Assembly (NCBI RefSeq): GCF_011745625.1
Contig: NW_027191457.1
Span: forward strand, 248,001 to 312,000
Source of the DNA: Cladosporium halotolerans
Lineage: Eukaryota
Length of the DNA: 64,000 nucleotides
Direction: 5' to 3'
Position numbers and translations under genes: made by a program. Within the stretch, counting starts at the first letter, position 1. Every line of letters starts with the position of its first letter. The notes below the pieces were generated by a model. It was not told the origin of the DNA. It saw only the letters and a program-made list of their open reading frames with translations, and did not search any database. Below are positions 1-13,200 of this stretch, piece by piece.

Positions 1-474
1 TTGCGGAACTATCACATGCTGTTTAAACAAACGGCCAGACTTATCGTCAAGGTCAGTCAAAGTCTGGAATCTCTCGTTATCGTGTTCGGACAGGCCCGAT
101 CCTTGTTCGATGATCGCAGACCTGCAAAAACTGGGCTTCGCTGTGGGACTGGGAGCTTCTTCAGGACAATGTGCTACTACCCATGGTGCGTCAAAATGGC
201 GCAATTGTTTTTGGAGCAACAGCTCGCTGCGCTGAATGAGAACGCGTTCCCGCGGCTGAAACAAATACGCTTCGAAGGATTCACTTTCCTCAGAGACGAA
301 CATGAAGCCGATGAAGCTGCATTTGCAGAGCTTTTCCAATCGATTCAGGACTGCAGGTTCAACGGCGCAACTTTTACTGAGATCTCTAGTGAGGACGATC
401 GACGCAGGTTTCAAGGGCACGATGGTGGCGAGGACAAGGCTGGCGAATTCACAGACCTCCTGTCAAGCAGTTGA
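1..474 (+). CDS. 3' end of a hypothetical protein running in from the left edge
   Basis: Open frame from base 1 to TGA at 472-474 with protein-like composition; no family recognised. Confidence 0.4.
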   Translation: MRNYHMLFKQTARLIVKVSQSLESLVIVFGQARSLFDDRRPAKTGLRCGTGSFFRTMCYYPWCVKMAQLFLEQQLAALNENAFPRLKQIRFEGFTFLRDEHEADEAAFAELFQSIQDCRFNGATFTEISSEDDRRRFQGHDGGEDKAGEFTDLLSSS

Positions 475-1454
475 GGACTAATCATATGAGCGGATCGTCC
501 ATTTCGATGCGGCAGAACGCCCTTGGAACTCTTCAACTTCATGTGGCTGCCGTGTAGACATCTGGCCGAGATTCTATGATGTCGGCCTGCTGTTCACCAG
601 GAGAAGGCCATGCGTGAGAAGTACTGCGTGCTGTGGAATATGGAGGCTGTCAGAGAAGGCTTGATGTAGTTCCGCTACGCAAGGTTAATCACGTTCTCTC
701 TCAGTAGGTAGATACCTATGCGGATAGATGTGGAAGTCTTCTGTGCATAAACATACAGCTATTGCTTCTCTTGGCAAGTCGATCCTCGATGTGGCTCAAC
801 TACGTTCGTCTCCGAAGCCCTCATCTCAGAAACAGCCTATTTAAAGCCTCCATACGTACTGCCTCGATCACCGCTGGGTCACGGCATGTGGTCCACGTGC
901 CTACGCGTTGCCCAGAGCGCACGGTGGCAGAAGTTTGTGGAGATCAGGACCGTCGGTCCACACAGCAAAACTCGTGTGCGCCACAATTCAAGGGACTTAC
1001 CCCGCATCGCCTCCATCTTCTTTCCACACGGCACTTCCAGACTTCTCATTGATGGAAGAGATTAATGAATCAGGTGACCGATGTTCGTGGCACATCAGCT
1101 GTGTAAAGGCCACAGTACCTCAATCAGCTATTGCAAGAGCCGCATCTGGAACGCCCTTGTACTGGAGAATAGGCCCGAGGTGACCGGAACTCTATCACTG
1201 CTCGGTCGAGTAACGGCTTATGGAAAGCTGAGGGGCTCTGGGTTAGGGCTAACGTTATGTACGAACTTACGTCTCAACCAAGAGGCAAGCAACGATTTTT
1301 TGGCGGTCGCGACTAAGACCACCCGGCCTCCTTGAGCGATCTTCCACTTACATCGCGTACACATCCTTTGATCACTCGTGGCCACTGGCGTGTTGATGCC
1401 GCTGGCCAGCGCATCGGAGGCAGCGTGACACCGAGAACTACAAGCTTTTCTCAG

Positions 1455-3172
1455 ATGCCGACGACACCATCTATGCATTATTCATCGCCGAGGACCATGT
1501 CGTCCTACCATGGCTCAAACGGACATCAAGGAACTCAAGGCTCGGATTCCGACGTCTTGTCTTACACGAGCGATGAAGTCGCCAACCAGGGAATGCTCAC
1601 CGACCAGGTTGTCGGATCCGGTGGCAACGACATGGCTTCGCCCAAGGAGAGCAAAGGAACCCGCAAGACTACGGACCTTTCTTCGATGATCCCTCAGACT
1701 GTCCAGAGCTTGAGTCGCTGGCCGGTTGTCATGGACTCCTCGCCTTGGGCGGCATATATCAGCCAGAACTCCACGCCGCTGACTCAGACGCGGACGAACG
1801 ACGAAGGCGTCACCGATGGCATGGAGGCCAGCGCAGGATCGACTCTGAGTCTGAAGCAGTGCATGGCATTAGTGGAGCGCTACTTGGAGACCTCGAATAT
1901 GGAGAATCCCATATTGGATCCCGTTCGACTGCGCCCGCTGGTGTCGCAAGCGTATCTAAGCAATTTCAGGTTGAGCATAGAGTCATGCCTTGCTCTCTTG
2001 GTGTGCGCCAATGGTGCCATCTCTTCTCCATTTGGAGCTGAGCCTGGACCGGAGCGGACTGCGGACTACAAGCTGGCGGATAAACTGTATCGCTTCGCAG
2101 AGCAGCGCCTGGGAATGGCGTTTACCACTGGCAGTGTAGCAGGAGCTCAAGCGCTGTATCTCAGCGGCGTCTTCCATATGTGTAAGTGATGCGAACCAGT
2201 GATTCGGATCGGCTGTGTCTGAGCCACTGCTGCGAACGAAGCTATTTCCACATCTTATACTGATCACGTCGTGCAGGTCGCTTACGTGCATTCGAAGCTT
2301 GGCAAATGTATCATGCTGCCCTTTGCGCGTCGCAGAAGTTCTCTTTCGTCACGAACGCCGTGACTCCGTGTTCAGTCGGACCGGACAACTTCTCGCTCGA
2401 AGAGCGCATTTACTGGTCGTCCTGGAAATCGGAGGGCGAGCTTCGATGGGAACTAGGTCTGCGAGACTTCGACAACAGAGCAATAAATCACCCACCCTTC
2501 TTCCCCTGTCCGCCTGACGGCCAGAACGACGAGCAGCAAAGGTCCTGGTTCTTCTATCTATCCGAAATCTCACTCTGGAGAAATCACTTCGGAGCCGAGC
2601 AGGAGCTACACCGCCTCGCACACGAGAAGAACTGCAATCCCCTCGACGAACTGAAGCTCAAATTCGAGGACCTAGAGCAACAAATAATCGATTGGCAACA
2701 GTCCCTCGCCCCGCCGATTCAGATCGGCAGATTAGACGCGGACGCCGGACCCGAGATGGACTTCCTGAAGTATCTTCTCAAGACGCAAGCCGGCAACTAC
2801 TACGAACTCATCACGTGGCCGTTCATCAGCGCGGCCGTCCGAGATGGGAAGCACGTCGACGCGAGAGTACGCGCTCTGATCGCGAAAGGGCTCGGCTGGC
2901 ACTGTCAGCGCCTGACGATATACACCCAGGGATTCTACCATCGCCACCGGGGGACGTGGTTGATGCAGAGGCGGTCGATCCGTAGCGCACTGCTGATTCT
3001 GGCCGCTTCGCTTACGCCCGAGATCGAGGACCTGCTACCTTACGGCTGGCCCGAGAAGATCCACGCGGTGGTGACGATGCTGCTGCGCTGGTCGGCTGAG
3101 ATCTGCGATGCTGATCAGCATGCGGAATTGCTTTCGTCGCTGCTGGAGAAGTACATGTACGAGCACCAGTGA
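1455..3172 (+). CDS. Fungal-specific transcription factor (Zn2Cys6-family middle/C-terminal domain); N-terminus uncertain
   Basis: ORFs 1332-2189 and 2306-3172 join in frame across intron 2182-2276 (GTAAGT...CTGAT...GCAG), giving ...VFHMCRLRAFEAWQMY.... Motifs LVERYLETSNMENPILD, EERIYWSSWKSEGELRWEL, SWFFYLSEISL and HRHRGTW are typical of this family. No Cys6 cluster was found. Confidence 0.7.
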
Positions 3173-4520
3173 AGGGCTCCGCTTTCAACTTGCCCCTTGC
3201 GGCGAACCAGACGTATCTATAGGACGGGATAATATCAGATCTAATGACGATGGACAATCATCTGTCTCGCGCCTTTGCCGCCTGCAGCTGGGACTATGCG
3301 GCAGTAATGCTATACTTAATCCTCCGTTTACAACGAATACGAGACGGCCAGAGCTGACATGGACGTGGGATACTATCTTCACAATGGCAGGACCAGGCAT
3401 GATATGACGACTATGAATCCCATCGCAACCTGTCCAACGCAAATTATGTGGAAACCCACAACTTTCGGAGCCCAGCAGCACCACCACAACAAGGGCCTCT
3501 TTGACTGCAATGCGCCGTGGTCCGATCGAACACCTGGACCGAAGCTTGAATAGGCAATCTAATTATGCAATGATGGATGTAACAATGGTGACGAATTTGG
3601 AACTAGTGGTGGCAGGACGGATTCGTCTTGAGTTCTAAAACTCTACGGGCATCCCAGGGCAAGGACATTTAGAGAGAACTGTAGGTGTAGAATAATGTCT
3701 ATCTGGGTGCATATTGCAAGCTTCACTCGCCTTAATCGCATATATCCAGAGCTAGCAAAAATGTCGTACTGTCCTCGCAGGTCACAAATGCACCATTGAG
3801 GAAGCCTTCATTCGAGCTTGCGCAGGATAGTCGCAATTCCAACGAGACTTCCTGGACACGACTGCCCGTGAGAAATATCAGAATATGACTGACATTAAGT
3901 GTGAAAAAGATGCATTCCCAGAATCATGCGAGATGCTTCATTGTCGCGAGGAAGGAGGTAAGATTGATGAGTGAACAAGGGTAGCTAGGGTTAGGGTTGG
4001 GGCTCCGGAATCTCACCAAGCGGTCAACACCTGGCGTTGTTCTCAGAATTGCAACATAATATTGCTGACAGCGAACAGTCCGTGCAGTGTAGTAATAAAT
4101 CTATCATCATGATGAGGTTTATATGCATCTACACTAGGGTGACCAGCTGGAACACCATCAAGCGTCTCGGAGAAGGGATCAAGTCAAACTATCTCATAAC
4201 GAAAATAGTCACCAATCTATCTGTCATGTGTACCATACCAAAGTCTATATAATCCATTAAATCGCGAACAATGCTCCCAAAAGAACAAATGCTGCCCGGT
4301 CAAAATGCCAGAAAAGGGGTATCGCTTGTAGCCCAAAAGTCAAAGCAATTCGTGTCGAACAAAAACCCTCAAATAAACAGTTCCACCAAACCAATCGAAC
4401 GGTTCGAGAAAAAGCGCAGAAAAAACGCCACGTGTGCCCATGCAAGATGCAGTCGTGAATGCAAGAAAGAAAGAGAAAAGCCGAAAATTCCTCCACCCAT
4501 CTCCTCTGCTCGATCAGAAA

Positions 4521-6421
4521 TCACAGGAAGCAGATCACCAGCCCCAACACTGCGACCGCGAGCGTCGAAGCAGCCTCCCTGCCGCCACCAGCCGCAGCGC
4601 CCGACTTGCCCGTCTCTTCAAACGAAAAGCCGCCAGATGTCTCCGTCGGGTTGGCATCGTCGCCGTCGCCGTCGCCATCACCGCCATCCGTCGTGCTCGC
4701 CTCGCGAGTCTGGAATGGCCCCGGCAGCGGCGACACGGTGGCGGTCTCCCAGGTGCCGGCGTCGCCAGAGACGGTGGTCGGGTAGGAGGTGCTGATGGTC
4801 GTCTGCTGGGGCTGCGGGACGTCGGATGGCGCCTGCTCGGGATAGTCGCAGAGGCCGGAGCCGTAGAGTAAGTCGCTAGGGAAGAGGACTTTGGGCTCGC
4901 CGGCGGCCATGTGCAGGGTGATGGCGCCGGAGTCGTTGACGGTGTACTCCTCGCAGGCGATGAGGTCGGTTACGGAGGCGTCGGGACCGTAGCTGTGGTT
5001 TGGCAGGTCGAGGTCGTGGGGTTCGCTGGCCTCGCCGTCGTTGGTGAGGACGGTGATGATTTGCGAGCCATCGATGCCTTTGCGCAGGGCGATGGTGCCG
5101 CCTTCGCTCCAGACGGCGTAGTGGTTGAAGGTGGTGTAGTTGTAGGAGGTTTGGATGACGTGGTGGCGGATGGTGTTGAGGCGCTGCACGTGCAGGTACA
5201 GCGGATGGCTGGTGTTGTAGCCGGAGAACCAGAGGGGCGCGCGGTTGATGTAGCCTTTGGTGCCGCCGTTTTCGTGCTGCTCCTGGCCTGCGTAGATGAT
5301 GGGGATGCCATCGGAGAGCATCGTCATTGTGATCACGTTCTTGGCCAGAGCCATGTCGGCGGTCTGGTTGGCGAATCGAGCAACATCGTGGTTCTGTTTC
5401 GAGTCAGTGTCTGTGCGAACCTGGTATGCTCGGTCCGAAGCGGACTCACCTCACTGAAGCTGCCCATGGTAGTGGGATCGTCGCAGTTCGCCTTTGTGGA
5501 GTTGATCGCGTTGATGATGCCATCCATGGGGACACCCGGAGCAGCGAAGGCGCGGATCATGGCGTAGTAGTTGGCGTAGTTGAAGACGCTGCCAATGGTC
5601 TTCTCCCACTTGCATGACCTTTCAGTGCTCTCGGTCATGACCTCGCCGATGGCGAAGACGCCGGCGGACTCCATGAAACTGGGGAAAAACTCGGGCTCGA
5701 TGTGGAGAACAGTATCGATTCGTAAGCCATCAATGCTGTAGTTTGAGACCATGCCCTGAATCCAGTCGCCGAGCATCCGTTGCACCACCTCATCTTCAGT
5801 ACGAAGGTCTGGCAGGGGAACCTTCTTGCTGTCGCCCAGCCAGCACTCAATCGCATCTCCGTTCTCGGTGTAATCTGAAATCAAGCAGAAGTCGTGGTAG
5901 TACTTCTCGTCGTCGAAAGGATGCAATTCGCTGTAGTCGATGTGCTTGGCCGAGCCATCCCAAGCCATGTGGTTTGTGACAACGTCCAGCATCAGCAGCA
6001 TGCCGCGGGAGTGCACATCCGAAATCAGATTTTTCAAGTCATCCTCGGTGCCGAACTTATCATTCAAGGTGTACAGGTTCTGCTGCCAGTAGCCGGCGTA
6101 CGCGTCTCCCAGGGCAGTGCGCTCGGGGATTTGACCAACGACAGGCGATATCCAGACGGCATCGAAACCCATGCCCTGGATGTAGTCCAGGTTGTCCTGC
6201 AGACCGCGCCATGTGCCGCCGCAGGTCCGGCCCATGCCGGGCTCACAGTGAATGTGGTCGGTTCCATTCTCAATGGCAAACCTATCGGTCATGACCTGGT
6301 AGATAGAACGTGTCCGCCACTCATCCTTGCTAGCGGCCAGAGAAGGAGCGATTAGATTTTGAAACACAATAGCGGAAACCAAACAATGCTTCAACAGCGA
6401 TGCAACGAGCGTAGCAGCCAT
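4521..6421 (-). CDS. GPI-anchored GH13 alpha-amylase / alpha-glucanotransferase (AmyD/AgtA/Aah-like)
   Basis: Signal peptide, then WRTRSIYQVMTDRF, GGTWRG, DVVTNH, DGLRIDT and GEV. SENHD is formed after removing intron 5394-5449 (GTGAGT...CTGAC...CAG). A Ser/Thr/Gly stalk and hydrophobic C-terminus (STLAVAVLGLVICFL) are consistent with a GPI signal. Confidence 0.92.
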
Positions 6422-9400
6422 TTCTGGCTAGAGTAGACACAGCAAAGAAGCTCCCGCGACTGCAGGATCAACGACGCAGGGCCAGACGAGGCGGGAGGCG
6501 CATGGTGGTATACCCATGGCCCGGTCACAACAACAGCAGCCTCTGCACGACTCTGACGACAAGCCGGAAGACGGGGCAGAGCGACTAGGGCCGATCTGGA
6601 GGCCATAGTAGCAAATCCCCCGTGCACGTTTGAGCGGCGTGAACAGTTTCGTCGCATCTCCCGGCCGCAAGCGCGCGTGGAATTGATTTGCCAACGTCAC
6701 CAGCGAATTTCCGGCCACTCTAGCGGACGCGGTGCGCTGTCCGCGGGGCCTAGCTGCGCACAGAGGCCCAAGAGGCAAACACCGCAGAGCAACGAAGCAG
6801 GATTTGTTAGTTATCGAACTGCCTGGCGTGCCTGAAGATCCACGGCGATGGAGTTGTTGGGCGGCACGACGGCACCAGCGGCGATGATCGACAGCACCGA
6901 GTGGGTGGCAGCAGGGCTGAGGCGCTGCATTTTCTGTACGCGGCATGTCAAGGTTTACCAGAAACCAGACTGTGCGAGGGATTTCTCCATCGCGATCGCG
7001 GGCTGGGTTTCTTCACATCTCCACAGGCACGGGAGCTCAATGCAAATTGATTTGTGTTCCTGCTTCTGGGGAAGCATGTGGCTCTCACGGTGTGCCGGTT
7101 TGCGGTTCCTGGGACCGCTCTATGTACTAATTGCCGGCTCTTGGGCGGCCGGCCAGCATCCGCGTGGCTGCGATTGCTGTGAGGTGCGGAGGGCTGGCGA
7201 AAATGGACGCACGAACGATGCGCGCAAATTTGCCAAGTACGCCAACTCTCTAGCAGCGCTGTGCCTGACGGCCCTGACGGGGAGGAGGGATGTGCACTGC
7301 ATTGCAATCCAGCGGGTAATCGAGGTGAAGCATAACAGCTCGCTTAGACGGCGCAGTGACACGACGTTGAGACGGAGAATTGCTGCCGGAGAACTCTATA
7401 GCATAAGGCATTTTGCGCAGAGATGGCGCTGATGTCAAGGTCTGCGGTCTGGGACGAAGCTGCGCAACCTGAGGCTGAGGGATGCCTGCGGCACCAAAGC
7501 TTGGCAGGGCATCATTGGCAAAACGCGAGAACGCGTGGACTCGCAGGTAATTGGCCTCCCATCGCCTTCGTATTGGGTTTCGGACACGTGTCCGCTATCT
7601 CGTGAAGGCTGCTAACTTTCGATAGAGCAAGTCACTCAGCAGGGCTGGCCGATAACGCTAGATCAACCAGCTTCACGCTGACTGTACGGCGGAGCCTGCA
7701 GACGAAAGCCTGCGTGCCTGCGTGCCGACCTTGAAGTCACCACAGATCACGAAGCTAATGAATTCAACATTGGCCTAGGTGCATCGGATCTGTCGGCCAT
7801 CACGGGAGTGGCAATGATGCCATTCCTCTACAGCATATGCTCCATCGTGCTGGCCGTTCCCCATCTCCTAGCGTTCATGCTAGCATTTGCACCAAGTGGA
7901 CTGCTTCTTTTTTGAGTGCACCGCCGTTCTGGAAGCCCGCATGCGCAAGATCGTCAACACCGGTGTTTGCGGAAGTAAAGGACCTTGTCCTCGCGCTACA
8001 GATACAGGAGGCAGGGCAAGCAGCCCAAGATAGATGAAACGTGGGATGGAGCACTCCTCAATTGCATACAGGCGGAGCACCAGGCGGCGTCAAAGATAAT
8101 GTTGACATGATTCTGCATCAGCGAAGACAAACTGCCGCCAACAGCAGCCGAAATCTGTAGCCGACGCCTTGCGGAACCTTCAAGCTTGGCTATGGATGTT
8201 GGCAGGAAATAGGAGGCTACACATAACGGGCGCGCCACAGCGACAGAGGTGAGCGATCATCGGCGAGCCGAGTGCCAACTCCGCGCGTTGGTGGAGACCT
8301 GTAGATACTGGAAATTGGGCCGCATGCGCGATAATGCAAGACGGCCACTCTCTGGCCTAGCCGGCTGGAAGCTTACCGACCGTTAGAAGCACTGCACCTT
8401 CTTTGCCACACAGGCACACCAGGGTGTCGGAGAGCCGGCGTAGGGCTGGCGACACAGCCGGTGTTGGCGCCCACCTGAATCAATTGCGTGCCCAACCTCG
8501 ATATTTCAGCGGTGAAGCGGTACCCGGCGTACCGGTGGATCAGTGCAAGACCTCGGTGGCAGGCGAGATGGAGACATGCCGCATGAGGCCAGGCACATAT
8601 ACACACGTGCAGACGCGATAAGAAACACAGGAGGAAGAGCCGAAGAGGCTTGTCCGAGCCACAGACGCAGGAACAGAAGCGAGAGCTGCAGCGGGCTGCG
8701 CTGCGACTCGCCGGACACGGCTGCGGATCTCGATGCTGCAGTAGCGCGCGCAGGCACGCGCAGGCAGAGGCTCTAGAGAGCGTTGAAGGACGATCTAAGG
8801 CGCCACGAGCTGTCAGCGCGGCTCCCTCAGTTCGTTTGGCTCTCGGGGCGGGGCGTCGTGCGGCAGCGGGCAGGGCAGCTGGGTGGTGCTAGCCGCTCAA
8901 CGGGGGGTGGCGCGAAGTCATTTCCATGGCGCGAGAGTCTTCATGTCTCGAGTGCGCCAGGGGGCTCTTCGGCTCATCTCGCGCCCTCGCCGCCCCCCTG
9001 CGCGTCTGCCCGCCTGCTGGATGAGGGAGCGTCGGTGGCTGATCAGGCGCTGTGCCTCCCGCCGGCAGCCGCCCTGCGACAGGCCGCCGTGCACCGCGCC
9101 TCCCGGCGCCATGACGCGCCTCCAGATGCCAATGCCCTGCGGGTTCTGTGTACTGTGTACTGTGTACCTCAGATGCTGCACCCACACGCGGCCGCAGTGC
9201 GTCTGCAGCGAGAAACCCCAGCCCTCAGCGACGGGCCCGAGTCTGCGGCCGCCGGCGCCAATGGCACAGCGCCCGATTACACACAGCGTCATGGCCGGCT
9301 CAGTCTGGATGAAACGCCTAAAGCGCGCTGGCCGGCGGCCTCGAGGGAGTCGAGGCGTGCAGCGCTCAGGGGACGTTGCGGCTCTGCTCCACCGCACCGA

Positions 9401-10235
9401 GTCTCGCGAGGGCGGCCCACCAACGGCGACCAGCCTGCCCGCCTGCTGTGCTGCCCGCCTGCTGTGCGCCAGGCTCGCCGCGACGGGCGACGAGTCGACG
9501 ACACTGCCAATCACGCCGTCCGGCCGCCGCTCCACCGCGTCGCGATTGAATCAGGGGACGCGCTGCTGCGCTGCAAATAGGACTGCGGCCGGCTGCCGGG
9601 CCCGCTAGCACCAACCGCCGCGCCGCCAACGCTTGTCGGGCGATCGCTATCAACAGACTTTTGGCCCTGCCACACTAGCCTCCCGTGTGCCTGTCAGGAA
9701 CACCGCGCTGGCCGGCCATGCTTCCGCCAGTGCTGCAAGGCTCCCACGCCTTGCCGCACAGGGACAGACTTTTCGTGATGCGGACCTCCGAAGGACAGCC
9801 CGCTCGTATACGGGCGTCGCTGCTACTTCCCGCACCGCCACTCTGCTATTCTCCTCGCCCTCGACCACTTTCCCACCGGCCCTCCCCTGGTCTCCTTGGC
9901 TGCGAGCGGTTCACCATTCGCGCCACCCGTTTCCGCTGGCCTCTGCGTAGCCCCACCGCCATCTGGGATCTGTAGTGCCTGCTCCTCTCTCTCTCGCCGC
10001 CGCAGCGCCTCTCCACCCCTATCACAACAAAACTTCCTAGCTGTCCACTCCCTCGTTCTTCCGACAGCACCTCTACCACCCAAACACCTGGCGTGTTGGC
10101 CCGCTCGCTTCTGCACGGCTTTCGCCAAACGACACTCTTTTACTTCTGGATTCTTAATGCTAATCGACTGAAGCGACGTACCACACCCAGCGAACAGCAG
10201 CCACCCGGCGCTCACGAGCGGCCGACCGGTCCATA

Positions 10236-13200
10236 ATGTTTCGACCATGGCTTCTGCCGCTGGCTCTCCTCTCCACCACAGCCACAGCCTCGTGGGTCGA
10301 TGAGAGAGAGGCGCCCTGGAACCTCAACGCCAATGCAAACGCGAAAAACCCCATGGAATACGAGATCTCGTGGCCCGGCCATGAGTACTTCAAAAGTCCC
10401 GAGAACTGGCGAATGCCTTTCTACAGCTTTTTCGTCGACAGATACGTCAACGGAGACCCCACAAACGACGACGCAAACGGCACAGCATGGGAGACGGACC
10501 CCAAAGCCACCCAGCTCCGCCATGGTGGTGATCTTCAGGGCATTGTAGATTCTCTTGATTACATCCACGGCATGGGTGTTCGTGGTATCTACTTGGCGGG
10601 CAGCTTGCTCATCAACAGACCCTGGGAGATGGACTCTTTCAGTCCCTACGACCTGACTATCTTGGACCACCACTTCGGCAACGTCACGCAGGTTCGTGAT
10701 GCCATCTCTAAAATCCACGAAAAAGGCATCTGGGTCGTCATGGAGAACACCTTCGCTACCATGTCCGATTTGCTTTCCTTCGAGCAGTACCCCAACAGCA
10801 GTGCGCCCTTCAGCTGGACCGAATACGACGTTGAGTACAAGTCCACCACCGTGTACCGCGACTTCAACATCTCCAACGAGTTTGACGCGGACTGCCCCAC
10901 GGAGTTCCCTCGCTGGTGGGACCAGAGTGGACACCTTTACGACGACGTGAACATGACAAAATTCAAGGGCTGCATGGAGAGTGATTTCAACCAGTTCGGT
11001 GATACGAGTGCTTTTGGCACGTACCCCGAGTGGCAGAAGCAGCTCTCCAAGTTCGGTGGTGTGCAGGACCGTCTTCGTGACTGGAGACCCAGCGTGCTCG
11101 ACAAGATCAACAAATTCTCGTGCATGTGGATTCAGGGCCTCGACATCGACGGCTTCCGTATGGATAAGGCCATGCAGATCACGGTCGACTCGCAAGCGAA
11201 CTTCTCCCACGCCATGCGTGAGTGTGCAAGGGAGGTGGGCAAGGATAACTTCTTCATCCCCGGTGAAATTGTCAACGGCAACACCAACGGTGCCATCTAC
11301 ATCGGAAGAGGAAAGGAGCCCGAGATGGCGTATGACAACAAGACAGCAGCTGTCTCGCAAACTGACTCCGACTATATCCGCGACGACCAGCACCATGCTC
11401 TGGACGCGGGCGCTTTCCATTATTCCTTCTACCGCTCGCTCATGCGTTTCCTTGGCCTTGACGGCAACCTTCTCGCGGGTTTCGAGGCGCCCACCAACTT
11501 TGGCGACCAATGGGAGACCATCATGAAAACCAACGACATGAGAAACGCATACACGCAAAAGTTCGACCCCCGCCACATGTACAGTGCCTCTAACCAGGAC
11601 GTTCTTCGCTGGCCTGGTCTCATCAACGGCACTGAGCGTCAAATGCTCGGCACTTTCTTGACGGCCATGGTGATGCCCGGTATTCCCATGGTCAACTGGG
11701 GTGAAGAGCAAGCATTCTACGTTCTGGACAGCACCGCTCCTGACTACATCTTCGGTCGTGCGCCCATGTCGTCCGCTCAAGCGTGGCAGATGCACGGCTG
11801 CTACAAGGTTGGAAACAAGAACTTGAACAACTGGCCAGTGGACAGCTCCCTGCACGCGTGCAAGGACGACAGCATTTCGTTGGATCACAGAGACCCTTCG
11901 CACCCTCTTTACAGAACTTACAAGCACTGGTTTGAGCTACGCAAGCGCTACCCTGTGCTCAACGACGGCTGGGACTTCACCGAAATCTCCCAGCAGACGG
12001 ACGAGTACACCATGCCTGGTTCTTGGGGTACCCCCACTATTCACGGTCTCTACAGTGCTGTTCGCGCTAGAATGCCAGCAATGGAGAACCAGGACTTCTC
12101 TGATCTCGAGGACGCGGACAATGGATACTGGGGCAACCAGGCCGTCTGGGTTCTTTACTCCAACCGCAACTACACCGAGGAATATGTCAGTGAGTGCAGT
12201 GATGACCGCAGCGCCATCGGCTCTCCTTACCCCGTGAACACGACTGTTCGCAACCTTTTCTACCCGTTCGAGACGTACGAGATTCTCGAGGAGGCGGCCA
12301 TCAACTTCGAGCTGGAAGGCTCCTCCATGATGGCTGGCTGCTTGCACTCGATCAAGATGGAACCTTACGGCTGGAAGGCCCTGGTTCCCATTGGTAACTG
12401 GACCAGGCCCGCCCCTTCGGTCAGCAAGTTCTTGCCCGGACATGACCAGCGCATTTTGTCAAACACTGCCGCGGATCAGCCTGATCAGATCGACATTGAG
12501 ATCCGTTTCACCGACGAGATGAACTGTGACTCGGTCAGACAGAACCTGGCCTTCGACTCCGTTACCGAGTATCCTGACCAGAAGATCAATGTCGACCGTG
12601 ACGCCATCAGATGTGAGGTTCTTCCCAACTCCCCGGTCTTTGAGACCAACTACACCGGTCCAATGCCTTCTCACTGGCACTTCACGACAACACTCACAAA
12701 CGTCTACGATGGTGTCCACACCATCACCCTCAACAACATCACAAACCAGGAGGGCAATGCCACCACCGGAACCACAGACAACTTCATGTTGCGCATCGGT
12801 CAAGCCGACAACCCTCTGGTCTTCCCCAAGACAGCCAACTACAGTGACAACCTCCTCTTCAAGGAGACCACGCAGAAGCGTGACGCGTCTATTACCCAGG
12901 GTGATGGGCTCTTTGTACACCACAAAGCCGCTGGTGCCGATAAGTGGCGTTTCACCATGTCTTTCGGCGCTGTCTGGTCCGAATGGCTCGACTACCAGCC
13001 CGGAAACCAGTCTCTGCACGACCTGACTTGGACTGGTCTGGACAACCAGAAGTGGGAAGGCGAGCACGTTCGTGTGCAGTACTGGTCTCAGAAGACCGGC
13101 AGCTCTGATCACGTCATTGAAGGTAACGTTCACGGTTCGGACTTGCCTCCCAGACGCTACCCTCACTTCTTCATCCACGGTTCGTTCAACAAGTACGGAT

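Noticed and set aside
3984..4003. Telomere-like CTAGGG TTAGGG TTGGGG (also GGGTTAGGG near 1240)
   Set aside because: Only one perfect unit at each site; too short to call an interstitial telomere.
8783..9608. Overlapping 200-265 aa ORFs on both strands
   Set aside because: Arg/Ala/Pro-rich products of very GC-rich DNA with non-ATG starts and no recognisable domain.
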